The notes below the pieces were generated by a model that ran no database searches, was not told the origin of the DNA, and saw only the letters and a list, made by a program, of their open reading frames with translations. 27,162 nucleotides of DNA, taken from NCBI GenBank assembly GCA_043822705.1, contig JBDRBK010000085.1, positions 1 to 27,162 of the forward strand, given 5' to 3'. This document shows, piece after piece, positions 17,671 through 26,270 of the stretch. The stretch is from Fidelibacterota bacterium. GTDB lineage: Bacteria > Fidelibacterota > Marinisomatia > Marinisomatales > TCS56. Positions within the stretch are counted from its first letter, which is position 1. Every line of letters begins with the position of its first letter. The position numbers and the translations under genes were made by a program.

Positions 17671-18332
17671 TGGATACAATTTTTAAAAATCCCCGGGCCC
17701 GCTATGGCTTTCCCGTCCTGGCCCTGCTAATGCTGGCCAATCTGCTTAATATATTGATCAACAGTCCCATGCACCCGGTACAGCAATGGGCTCAAAAAAT
17801 ATTCTATTATCATGTGCCCAGCGCCTGGGTGGGATTCCTGTCGTATTTCATCGTATTGATCGCGGGCGTCATGTTTCTCCGTAAAAAGGATTTTTTCTGG
17901 GACCGGGTCGGTCTGGCGGCGGCCGAAATCGGGACATTCTTCACGATTATCGTCCTGATTACCGGACCGATCTGGGCCAGCGCCGTCTGGGGTACCGCCT
18001 GGAACTGGGAACCGCGCCTGACCACTACCATGATCCTGTTCATGATCTATGTGGGATATTTCATGCTGCGGGAATTCGGCGGAGCACCGGAACGGGTGGC
18101 CCGTTACGCCGCCATTCTGGGTATCATCGCCTTCATCGATGTCCCGATCATTTTTATTTCGGTCAAATTGTGGTCGCCGGATGTGCAATCCCACCCCCAG
18201 GTGGAAATGGCCGGCCAGCCGATCAATATTCTGGGAACGTTTTTCTTTTCCTTGTTCACTTTCACCGTCATGTATTTTTTCATGCTCTGGCTGCGGGTCC
18301 GCATCCATGGGCTAAACACCAAAACCAGGTAA
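17670..18332 (+). CDS. ccmC: CcmC heme-delivery membrane protein
   Basis: IFYYHVPSAW (His ligand), ITGPIWASAVWGTAWNWEPRLT (WWD domain), QSHP (second His). TAATG overlap with ccmB. Confidence 0.95.
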   Translation: MDTIFKNPRARYGFPVLALLMLANLLNILINSPMHPVQQWAQKIFYYHVPSAWVGFLSYFIVLIAGVMFLRKKDFFWDRVGLAAAEIGTFFTIIVLITGPIWASAVWGTAWNWEPRLTTTMILFMIYVGYFMLREFGGAPERVARYAAILGIIAFIDVPIIFISVKLWSPDVQSHPQVEMAGQPINILGTFFFSLFTFTVMYFFMLWLRVRIHGLNTKTR

Positions 18333-18339
18333 GATTTCC

Positions 18340-18474
18340 ATGGAATTAAAATTTTTCAATCATTTTCTGGCGACCTACAGCATCGTTCTGGGTGGTGTTA
18401 TCGGCTGGTTTCTGCTGATGTTCCGGAAAGAACGCAAGCTGGTCCGGCGCGCCCGGGAAGAGCAGGGGAGGTAA
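18340..18474 (+). CDS. ccmD: CcmD-like small membrane protein (44 aa, below the ORF-track size range)
   Basis: Translated by hand: MELKFFNHFLATYSIVLGGVIGWFLLMFRKERKLVRRAREEQGR*. Has a Tyr at the start of a single TM helix and a basic tail, and fills the gap directly after ccmC. Confidence 0.8.
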   Translation: MELKFFNHFLATYSIVLGGVIGWFLLMFRKERKLVRRAREEQGR

Positions 18475-18477
18475 TCA

Positions 18478-19551
18478 ATGCAACGAAAAATCGTCCATGT
18501 CGTAGGCACCGGCACGATTGGCGAACCGCTGATCGGTCTGCTGTGCGACTATCGCAACAAGCTGGGCATCGATGAAATCAGCTTTCATAAAAATACGCCG
18601 TTGAAAAGCGATCGGCCGAAGATCAACAGCCTGATCCGGCGCGGGGCGCGTCTGACCGTCAATGAACCTCGATATAATGATTTCCGCAAACTGGGTATGG
18701 ACCCCGATCTGGAAACCGAAGAGGCGATCAAGCGGGCGACGGTGATCATCGATTGTACGCCCAAAGGGGTGGGTAATTTCCATAAAGATGAATATTATCA
18801 CAAATATGAAGACAATATAAAAGGCTTCCTGGCCCAGGGCAGCGAAGATGGCTTCGGCAAGAAATATGCCCGCGGTATCAACGACACCGCGCTGGTTTCC
18901 GGCAAGGATAATTTTATCCAGATCGTTTCCTGCAATACCCATAATCTGGCCTGCATTACCAAAACACTGGCTCTCCATGATAATATCGACCCGGACAACC
19001 TGTCGGAAGCACGCTTTGTCTGCATCCGCCGGGCCAACGATCTAAGCCAGATCGAAGGTTATATTCCGGCCCCGCAGGTCGGCAGCCACCGCTCGGATAT
19101 GTATGGTTCGCACCACGCCGAGGACGCCGCCGATTTATTCAAAACGATGAACCTGGATTTGAACATTTTCTCATCGGCGATGAAGATCAACAGCCAGTAC
19201 ATGCACGTTTTGTGGTTCAATCTTAAAGTAAAGGAACCGGTGTCGCTGAATGATGTCAAGGAGCGCTTGCGCAATAATCCGCTGGTCGCCATGACCACCA
19301 AGGATATGACCAGCACGGTGTTTTCCTTCGGACGCGATCAGGGGCATTTCGGCCGGATTCTGAACCAGACTGTAATCGTCGAACAGACCCTGAATGTGCG
19401 TCAGGATCACGAAATCACCGGTTTCTGTTTTACGCCCCAGGACGGCAACTCGCTGCTCAGCAGCATTTCCGCCGCCGAGTGGCTGATGTTCCCCCATTCC
19501 TACGAAGATAAAATCCAGTGTCTTGCGGAACTCTTTTTCCAGGAGATATGA
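18478..19551 (+). CDS. Archaeal-type (class II) glyceraldehyde-3-phosphate dehydrogenase-like protein
   Basis: Rossmann VVGTGTIG, IIDCTPKGVG, AQGSE, IVSCNTH (Cys152), IRRAND, SHH, YMH and PQDGN. These are colinear with class II GAPDH motifs GYGTIG, DCTP.G.G, FQGGE, VSCNTT, RR.AD, SHH, LMH and HQE. GGAGG RBS. Confidence 0.75.
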   Translation: MQRKIVHVVGTGTIGEPLIGLLCDYRNKLGIDEISFHKNTPLKSDRPKINSLIRRGARLTVNEPRYNDFRKLGMDPDLETEEAIKRATVIIDCTPKGVGNFHKDEYYHKYEDNIKGFLAQGSEDGFGKKYARGINDTALVSGKDNFIQIVSCNTHNLACITKTLALHDNIDPDNLSEARFVCIRRANDLSQIEGYIPAPQVGSHRSDMYGSHHAEDAADLFKTMNLDLNIFSSAMKINSQYMHVLWFNLKVKEPVSLNDVKERLRNNPLVAMTTKDMTSTVFSFGRDQGHFGRILNQTVIVEQTLNVRQDHEITGFCFTPQDGNSLLSSISAAEWLMFPHSYEDKIQCLAELFFQEI

Positions 19552-20198
19552 GTTTTCGGGTACATTCATTCGCGGTCGGACCGTTCCAGGAAAATACCTA
19601 CCTGGTCGAATCGACCGACCGGGAAGCGCTATTCATTGATCCGGGTGACGAAGCGGCACGCCTGATCCGGGCCGCGGAAAGTCTGGCAATCCGACCGCTG
19701 GCGATTATAAATACCCACGCTCACCTCGATCATATCGGGGCGGTGGCCGAATTAAAGGACCATTTCCGGATACCATTCTACCTCCACCGGGCTGAGAAAC
19801 CGGTGCTTGATAGTTACGAATACACCGGCCGATTGTTCGGGGTGGCGGTGGGCGCAACGCCTCGGGTCGACCACTGGCTGGATGGCGCCCCGGAATTGAA
19901 AATCGGCTCGTTTACGCTCAACTGCCTGGAGACTCCCGGGCACACCCCCGGCGGTCTCTGTCTGAAAATCAACCGGCATGTATTTGTTGGTGATACACTG
20001 TTTTACGGCTCCATCGGCCGGACCGATCTTCCCGGCGGGAGCTGGGAGCAACTGGAAGCATCCCTGGTCTATTTACTGCAATCCCTGGATGAGAATGATA
20101 TCGTTCATTCCGGCCACGGACCGGACACATCGCGGGCGGCGGAGATGGCTGGCAATCCGTTCATCAGGCAGTTGCGCCAGCGGATCGACCGGCACTGA
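19548..20198 (+). CDS. Metallo-beta-lactamase-fold hydrolase (glyoxalase II / YcbL-like)
   Basis: GPFQENTY, IDPG, THAHLDHIG (HxHxDH), TPGHTPG, GDTLF.GSIGRTDLPGG, GHG. ATG 19548 has an AGGAG RBS and an ATGA overlap with the upstream gene. Confidence 0.93.
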   Translation: MSFRVHSFAVGPFQENTYLVESTDREALFIDPGDEAARLIRAAESLAIRPLAIINTHAHLDHIGAVAELKDHFRIPFYLHRAEKPVLDSYEYTGRLFGVAVGATPRVDHWLDGAPELKIGSFTLNCLETPGHTPGGLCLKINRHVFVGDTLFYGSIGRTDLPGGSWEQLEASLVYLLQSLDENDIVHSGHGPDTSRAAEMAGNPFIRQLRQRIDRH

Positions 20199-20216
20199 AT
20201 TGTTGCCTGACGGTGT

Positions 20217-20245
20217 TTGCCGAAGCAGTTCTTCTTTTGTAACAT
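20217..20245 (+). promoter_or_regulatory. Putative sigma70 promoter for tilS-hpt-ftsH
   Basis: TTGCCG (20217-20222), 17-nt spacer, TAACAT (20240-20245), ending 6 nt before the tilS ATG. Confidence 0.5.
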
Positions 20246-20251
20246 TGCCCT

Positions 20252-21646
20252 ATGATTACTACCGACCCAACAGACAAACCTGATTCTTTGTTAGTCCAAC
20301 TTGATCAGCATTTGCAGGCTGACGGACTAATTCAACCGGGTACACGGATGTTGCTGGCCGTATCCGGTGGACTGGATTCGATCGCTCTATTGGATTTGTT
20401 CGCGAACCTGCGGGACGCCTGGCAATTCAAGCTGGTTGCCGCCCACGTTAATCATCACCTGCGCCCGGCGGCGGATCGCGACGCCGAGCTGGTACAGCAA
20501 TATTGCCGGCGGCAGACGGTCGAGTGCCGGGTTATCGACCTGAATCCGGATGACCGCCAACCGGGTGACAGCCGGGAAATCTGGGCCCGTGATCGTCGTT
20601 ACTTGGCATTGCGACATCTGGCCGAAGAAATTGCCGCGGACTGGATCGTCACCGCCCACCAGCTCAACGATCAGGCGGAAACGATTCTGATGCACCTGGC
20701 CGACGGTTGCGGCATCGCCGGCTTGCGCGGGATTCCCGCCGTCCGCGGCAATATCATCCGGCCGTTGCTCGACTTCAGCCGGGACGAATTGCGGCATTAC
20801 GTCCGGGACCGTCAGTTACAGTGGACGGAGGACGAGACCAACCTCGATACGGCGATACCGCGGAATTTTATCCGTAACGAGATTCTGTCGACCTGGCTGA
20901 AGCGAACCCCGCATCTGCTGAAGGCACTGCAAATGGTGGCCCGATATGCCTGGCAGCAGGATGAGCTGGTGCAGTACCTGGTGCAACAGTCGCTTCCGGC
21001 AGTCGTGCGCGATCGGGATGAACGTTCGATCCGGTTGGATGGAACCGCCCTGGACGGTTTGCCGGTCGCGCTGCGAACAGCGTTGATCCGGTCGCTCTGC
21101 GGCGACACCGGTCAACCCTGGCGCCGGCACTGGTATGAATCGTTGGAGTATTTTCTGAATCATGCCGATACCGGGCAATTTGCCGAATTACCCAACGGGT
21201 GGATAATCCTGAAAGACCGTGCGAATGTGATTCTCCGTCTTGGCGACCGACCGGGAAAACTGGTGATAGAAATCAGTCCCGGGGCCACGATTGAGATCGG
21301 TGATTACCGTTTCAATTGGCGGCCGGTGGAAATGGTTAATCGATTTACCGGTAACCCTTGGTCGGAGTATATTGATGCCGGTGTTCTGCGGGGGAAAACG
21401 TTGATTTTGCGAACCTGGCGACCCGGCGACCGCTTCCAGCCCCTGGGCTTAACGGGGGAGAAAAAGGTCAGTGACCTGCTGATCGATCTGAAAGTGGACC
21501 GCTTCCAGAAGCAGCGCCAATTGGTCCTGACAGCCGATGATGAGGTGGTCTGGGTCTGTGGCCGACGCCTTGCCGATTCGGTCAAAATCACGCCCGCCAG
21601 CGGGCAGATCGCGGAACTTTCATTAGAACAAAAAGTTGGTTTATGA
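20252..21646 (+). CDS. tilS: tRNA(Ile)-lysidine synthase
   Basis: PP-loop AVSGGLDS, HVNHHLR, TAHQLNDQAET, IIRPLL, W.EDETN, RNFIR, and C-terminal domain R.WRPGDRF...KKVSDLLID.K. In the tilS-hpt-ftsH context. Confidence 0.96.
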   Translation: MITTDPTDKPDSLLVQLDQHLQADGLIQPGTRMLLAVSGGLDSIALLDLFANLRDAWQFKLVAAHVNHHLRPAADRDAELVQQYCRRQTVECRVIDLNPDDRQPGDSREIWARDRRYLALRHLAEEIAADWIVTAHQLNDQAETILMHLADGCGIAGLRGIPAVRGNIIRPLLDFSRDELRHYVRDRQLQWTEDETNLDTAIPRNFIRNEILSTWLKRTPHLLKALQMVARYAWQQDELVQYLVQQSLPAVVRDRDERSIRLDGTALDGLPVALRTALIRSLCGDTGQPWRRHWYESLEYFLNHADTGQFAELPNGWIILKDRANVILRLGDRPGKLVIEISPGATIEIGDYRFNWRPVEMVNRFTGNPWSEYIDAGVLRGKTLILRTWRPGDRFQPLGLTGEKKVSDLLIDLKVDRFQKQRQLVLTADDEVVWVCGRRLADSVKITPASGQIAELSLEQKVGL

Positions 21647-22179
21647 TGTTGAATTCAAAATTTGATTTAGAATTAATATTGTCTGCAGAGCAGATTCAGG
21701 AAAAGGTAAATGAAATCGCCCGGCAGTTGTCGGAACGTTTTCAGGATAAGGTGCCGATCCTGATCGGTATTCTCAACGGCAGTTTCATTTTTCTTTCCGA
21801 TTTGATGCGGGCGATGACGATCGACTGCGAAATGGATTTTGTCAAACTGGCCAGTTACGCCGGTCAGTCCACCACCGGCACCGTTAAACTGTTGAAGGAT
21901 ATTTCCGCCGACATCACCGGTCGCCACGTCATTATTGTGGAAGATATTATCGATTCCGGACTGACGATCAAATTCCTGCGGGATCGGTTACGCGGCGCGG
22001 CGCCGAAATCGGTCACTGTGGTCACTTTTTTGATGAAGCCGGAAATCGCCCAGGTGGAATTCCCGATCGATTACATCGGTTTCGAGATTCCCCCCGATTT
22101 CGTGGTCGGTTACGGCCTCGATTATAATCAGAAATTACGCCAGCTCCCGGCATTGTACCGGTTGAAAGGATCAGAATAA
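21643..22179 (+). CDS. hpt: Hypoxanthine phosphoribosyltransferase
   Basis: GILNGSFIFLSDL, PRPP motif IIVEDIIDSGLT, FVVGYGLDY. Confidence 0.96.
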   Translation: MMLNSKFDLELILSAEQIQEKVNEIARQLSERFQDKVPILIGILNGSFIFLSDLMRAMTIDCEMDFVKLASYAGQSTTGTVKLLKDISADITGRHVIIVEDIIDSGLTIKFLRDRLRGAAPKSVTVVTFLMKPEIAQVEFPIDYIGFEIPPDFVVGYGLDYNQKLRQLPALYRLKGSE

Positions 22180-22182
22180 TAC

Positions 22183-24234
22183 ATGGCAGAAAAAATACCG
22201 AATAAAGATAAACGACCGCCACGCCGGCAACCGGATAAGACGCAGGATCAAGAGCACGAACCGGAAAAAAGACCGCCGTTTAATCCCGGTCCGGTAGGCA
22301 AACGACCGGTCCGCAGCGACACCAGCGGGTTTCAGTGGCGCCGTGCCGGGAAGACATCGTTTATCTGGGTCCTGATACTGATGACGGCGATATTTCTGTC
22401 CGGGTTGTTTACCAATCAGGGCGGGAAGGAAATCGAAATCGAGTTTTTCCAGTATCGTGATTTTCTGACCCAGGGATTGATCAAGGACGCCGTCATCACA
22501 GAGGATGTTTTTCATGGCACCCTGAATTCGCCCCAGACGATCGTCAAGGATTTCGGCGTCGTCAACGATGTGACGCGGATATATCTGGTGCTGCGGATTA
22601 TCGATCGCGAGACGCTGGTGGAATGGGATTCCTACAATCTGCGCTACAGCTTCAAGCAGAAGACGATTGACTGGTCCGGCTACCTGATGAGCATTGTTCC
22701 CTGGTTCCTGCTGATCGGGGTCTGGATTTTTATCATGCGCCGGATGCAGGGGGGCGGTGGCGGAATGAAAGGAATCTTCAACTTCGGTAAGAGCCGTGCC
22801 AAGGTTTGGACTTCCGATATGCCCAAAGTGACATTTGCCGATGTGGCCGGTTGTGTCGAGGCCAAGGAAGAGTTGAAAGAAGTCGTCGATTTCCTGAAGC
22901 GCCCCAAACGATATCAGAGACTGGGAGCGAAAATCCCCAAGGGAGCATTGCTGGTGGGGGTGCCCGGTACCGGTAAAACGCTGTTGGCACGGGCTGTTGC
23001 CGGGGAGGCCGGTGTGGCCTTTTACAGTCTCAGCGGTGCCGATTTCGTCGAAATGTTCGTCGGTGTCGGTGCTTCCCGGGTTCGGGATCTGTTCGAACAG
23101 GGTAAGAAAACCGCTCCCTGCATCATCTTCATCGACGAACTGGATGCGGTCGGTCGCCAGCGTGGCGCCGGACTGGGCGGCGGTCACGATGAGCGGGAAC
23201 AGACTCTGAATCAGTTGCTGGTGGAAATGGACGGTTTCGAGGTAAATCTGCAAGTGATTATTCTGGCGGCTACCAACCGTCCCGATGTGCTCGATCCGGC
23301 ATTGCTGCGGCCGGGCCGTTTCGACCGGCAGATCGTCGTCGATAAACCGGATGTCAAAGGCCGCTTGGGGATTCTGAAGGTTCACTCCAAGAACAAGCCG
23401 CTGGCGGACGATGTGGATCTGGAGATTATCGCGAAAAGCACTCCCGGTATGAACGGCGCGGAGCTTGCGAATTTGATGAACGAGGCGGCTCTGCTCGCGG
23501 CGCGGCGCGACACCGATAAGGTGGAAATGGAGGACCTTGAGGCTGCGAAGGACAAAGTGATGATGGGTGTGGAGCGCCGCTCGGCGGTGATCCCGCAGAA
23601 AGAGAAGGAAACGACGGCGTACCATGAGGCGGGGCATGTGATTGTCGCTTCGCACATACCTGAAGTTGATCCGGTGCACAAGGTGACGATCATTCCTCGC
23701 GGGCGCGCGCTCGGGCTGACGCATTTCGTGCCGTTGGATGACAAACGGAGTTATTCAAGATCATATCTTGAAGGGCAGCTCTCAACGTTGTTGGGCGGAC
23801 GCGTGGCGGAGCGGCTGATCTATAATGAACTGACCAGCGGCGCGGCGAACGATTTGCAGCGAGCCACGGAGATCGCCCGGCAGATGGTCACGCGCTGGGG
23901 GATGTCCGACAGGATCGGTCCGATCACCTTCGGACAGCAGGAAGCGGAAGTTTTTCTCGGGAAAGACTATACGCATCAGAAGGATTACAGTGACGACACC
24001 GCGACCAGGATTGATGAGGCGGTGCGGGAGATTATCGAATCCGCGCAGGCTCGCGCGGAGAAAATCCTCGATCGTGAACTTCCCCGGCTGCATAAGCTGG
24101 CGAAGACTCTGGTGGAGAAGGAATCGTTGACCGGCGAGGAGATCGCGGAATTATTGGAGATCGATCCTGACAAGAGAAAAACAGCGAATCACTCGCCCGA
24201 CGCGGCCGCTGAAGTCGCCGAAAAAAACAAGTAA
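22183..24234 (+). CDS. ftsH: ATP-dependent zinc metalloprotease FtsH (possibly chimeric, see findings)
   Basis: Two TM helices, Walker A GVPGTGKT, Walker [30 protein letters not shown], Zn motif HEAGH. Confidence 0.98.
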   Translation: MAEKIPNKDKRPPRRQPDKTQDQEHEPEKRPPFNPGPVGKRPVRSDTSGFQWRRAGKTSFIWVLILMTAIFLSGLFTNQGGKEIEIEFFQYRDFLTQGLIKDAVITEDVFHGTLNSPQTIVKDFGVVNDVTRIYLVLRIIDRETLVEWDSYNLRYSFKQKTIDWSGYLMSIVPWFLLIGVWIFIMRRMQGGGGGMKGIFNFGKSRAKVWTSDMPKVTFADVAGCVEAKEELKEVVDFLKRPKRYQRLGAKIPKGALLVGVPGTGKTLLARAVAGEAGVAFYSLSGADFVEMFVGVGASRVRDLFEQGKKTAPCIIFIDELDAVGRQRGAGLGGGHDEREQTLNQLLVEMDGFEVNLQVIILAATNRPDVLDPALLRPGRFDRQIVVDKPDVKGRLGILKVHSKNKPLADDVDLEIIAKSTPGMNGAELANLMNEAALLAARRDTDKVEMEDLEAAKDKVMMGVERRSAVIPQKEKETTAYHEAGHVIVASHIPEVDPVHKVTIIPRGRALGLTHFVPLDDKRSYSRSYLEGQLSTLLGGRVAERLIYNELTSGAANDLQRATEIARQMVTRWGMSDRIGPITFGQQEAEVFLGKDYTHQKDYSDDTATRIDEAVREIIESAQARAEKILDRELPRLHKLAKTLVEKESLTGEEIAELLEIDPDKRKTANHSPDAAAEVAEKNK

Positions 24235-24240
24235 TTCGGT

Positions 24241-24876
24241 ATGGACAAAAAAGAAGAAGCCAGACTTCGAGAACTCATTCGCAAAGAGCTGGAGAACCGC
24301 GAGGCTCTAAAAGGCTTGGCGGATGCTGCGGATGAACGAGACTATGTCCCGGGCGGTATGTCTGAGGAACGAGCGCGGATTATCGAAGAGGAGATTCGCA
24401 AGTTTCATACGGAGCGCGGGAAGGCGCGGGAATACGTCAACGATGAAGGGGATGTCGAGTGGCTGACCGAGGCGGAGATTCTGGAGCGGGGCAAGCAGCT
24501 TCCCGTGGATATGGAAGAGTTGGAGATCGGTCAAAAGCATGTCCGCAACCGGGTGATGATGCTCAGCCTGCTGCTGTTTGTGGCTCTGGTGCTGATGTTT
24601 GTCGCGCTGCGCGAAAAGACGGGCAGTGTTCAGGTTATTTGCAACGTACCCAAAGCGACGATCTATCTGAACGGCAGCGCGACCGAATATTTATCCGATT
24701 ACACTCTCAAAGGATTACCGGGCGGATCGCATTTGATATCCGTATTCAGGCCCGGCTACGTTGCGAACGGCGCGGCGAATGCGCGGGTTCGAATCGTTCC
24801 CGGTTCCGAAGAAATCGTAATCCTGAAACTCAAACCATCACCCCCACGGCATACTATTGAACAAGCAAAAGATTGA
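24241..24876 (+). CDS. Single-pass membrane protein with a C-terminal PEGA-like domain
   Basis: Charged N-terminal ~100 aa, TM helix MMLSLLLFVALVLMFVAL, then GSVQVICNVPKATIYLNG...LPGGSHLISVFRPGY (PEGA pattern G.L.V.S.P.GA.V.IDG...L..G.H.I.V...GY). Confidence 0.75.
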   Translation: MDKKEEARLRELIRKELENREALKGLADAADERDYVPGGMSEERARIIEEEIRKFHTERGKAREYVNDEGDVEWLTEAEILERGKQLPVDMEELEIGQKHVRNRVMMLSLLLFVALVLMFVALREKTGSVQVICNVPKATIYLNGSATEYLSDYTLKGLPGGSHLISVFRPGYVANGAANARVRIVPGSEEIVILKLKPSPPRHTIEQAKD

Positions 24877-25414
24877 AGAAGCTGTCCGGCTGCTGCTGGA
24901 AGGAATCGGCGAAGATCCCACTCGTCCGGGTTTGGTGAGAACACCGGAGCGAGTGGCGGAGATGTATGAGGAAATATTTACTCAGATCGGGAAATCTCCC
25001 GAAGAGGAGATTCGCCTTTATCCGACCGAGAATGAAAGCGAGATGATTATCCATCGGGATATTCCGTTTTACTCGATGTGCGAGCATCATCTGCTGCCGT
25101 TTTGGGGCTTCGCATCGATTGCCTACATTCCGAAACACTCATTGGTCACGGGTTTCTCGTCATTGGCCAGAATTGTCCGCTTATTCGCGAGTCGTCCGCA
25201 GATTCAGGAAACGATGACCACTTCTATTGCGGATACACTGATGCACAAAGTGCGGCCGATGGGGGTGTTTGTAGTTATCCGCGCGCAGCATATGTGTCTG
25301 ACGATGCGCGGCGAGCGGGCGCACGGCAGCTGGACCGTCACGTCTGCGGTGCGCGGAGTTTTCACTCGCGAAGCGACGCGCATGGAAGCTTTGCACCTGA
25401 TGGATGGCAAGTAA
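24857..25414 (+). CDS. folE: GTP cyclohydrolase I (TTG start)
   Basis: IGEDPTRPGL.RTPERVA, Zn ligands CEHHLLPF and HMC..MRG, QIQE, TSAVRG.F. Confidence 0.95.
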   Translation: MNKQKIEEAVRLLLEGIGEDPTRPGLVRTPERVAEMYEEIFTQIGKSPEEEIRLYPTENESEMIIHRDIPFYSMCEHHLLPFWGFASIAYIPKHSLVTGFSSLARIVRLFASRPQIQETMTTSIADTLMHKVRPMGVFVVIRAQHMCLTMRGERAHGSWTVTSAVRGVFTREATRMEALHLMDGK

Positions 25415-26270
25415 GCAAGCACGGATATGGTCGCACCGCACCGGCTCGCTTAAGCTGGGCGGGCGGACACTGATTATGGGTGTGTTGAATGTCACACCCG
25501 ACTCTTTTTCAGACGGCGGCAGATATTTCTCGGCGAAGGACGCGATTCAGCGAGCGCTGTCGCTGCAGGAGGCTGGAGCGGACATCCTTGATATGGGAGC
25601 GGAATCGACAAGACCGGGAAGTCTGCCGGTATCCGCGGATGCGCAGATAGAACGGCTCGTTCCGGTGCTTGAGGGGCTTGGCGACCGCATCCGGATTCCG
25701 GTTTCGGTTGATACGAGTTCGGCGCAGGTCGCGGGAACCTGTATCGCAGCGGGGGCCTCGATTGTGAATGATATCTCGGGATTTCGGAATGATAACAGAT
25801 TGCCGGCGGTCTGCGCGCAAGCCCGCTGCGGAGTCGTGCTGATGCATATCAAAGGCATGCCGAAAGATATGCAGGATAATACGGATTATTCGGATTTGCT
25901 TGCCGAAGTGTCGGCGTCTCTTCGGGAAAGCTGTAAGATCGCCGTCGCAGCAGGCATTCCGCGGGAATCCATTGTTGTTGATCCGGGAATCGGTTTTGGC
26001 AAGAATTTTCGGCAGAACTACCTGCTGCTGGGAAAGCTTCGCGCATTGCAGGGGCTTGCACAGGGAGTGCTGGTGGGAACTTCGCGCAAGGCATTTACAG
26101 GAGAGTTCAGCGGTCTGCCCGCCGAATCGCGTCAATACCCCACAGCCGCAACGGTGGCGATTTCAATCTTGAACGGCGCCGATATTGTTCGCGTGCATGA
26201 TGTATATGAAATGAAGCAGGTGCGAGACATCTGTGACCGATACCGTGAAGTCAACACTCCCAACGCCTGA
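25404..26270 (+). CDS. folP: Dihydropteroate synthase
   Basis: IMGVLNVTPDSFSDGG, GAESTRPG, SVDT, VNDISG, LMH, DPGIGFGK, GTSRK, IVRVHDV. Confidence 0.97.
   Translation: MASKQARIWSHRTGSLKLGGRTLIMGVLNVTPDSFSDGGRYFSAKDAIQRALSLQEAGADILDMGAESTRPGSLPVSADAQIERLVPVLEGLGDRIRIPVSVDTSSAQVAGTCIAAGASIVNDISGFRNDNRLPAVCAQARCGVVLMHIKGMPKDMQDNTDYSDLLAEVSASLRESCKIAVAAGIPRESIVVDPGIGFGKNFRQNYLLLGKLRALQGLAQGVLVGTSRKAFTGEFSGLPAESRQYPTAATVAISILNGADIVRVHDVYEMKQVRDICDRYREVNTPNA

Noticed and set aside
22171..23724. 517-aa minus-strand ORF
   Set aside because: Antisense shadow of ftsH, a common result of codon bias. No recognisable motifs.
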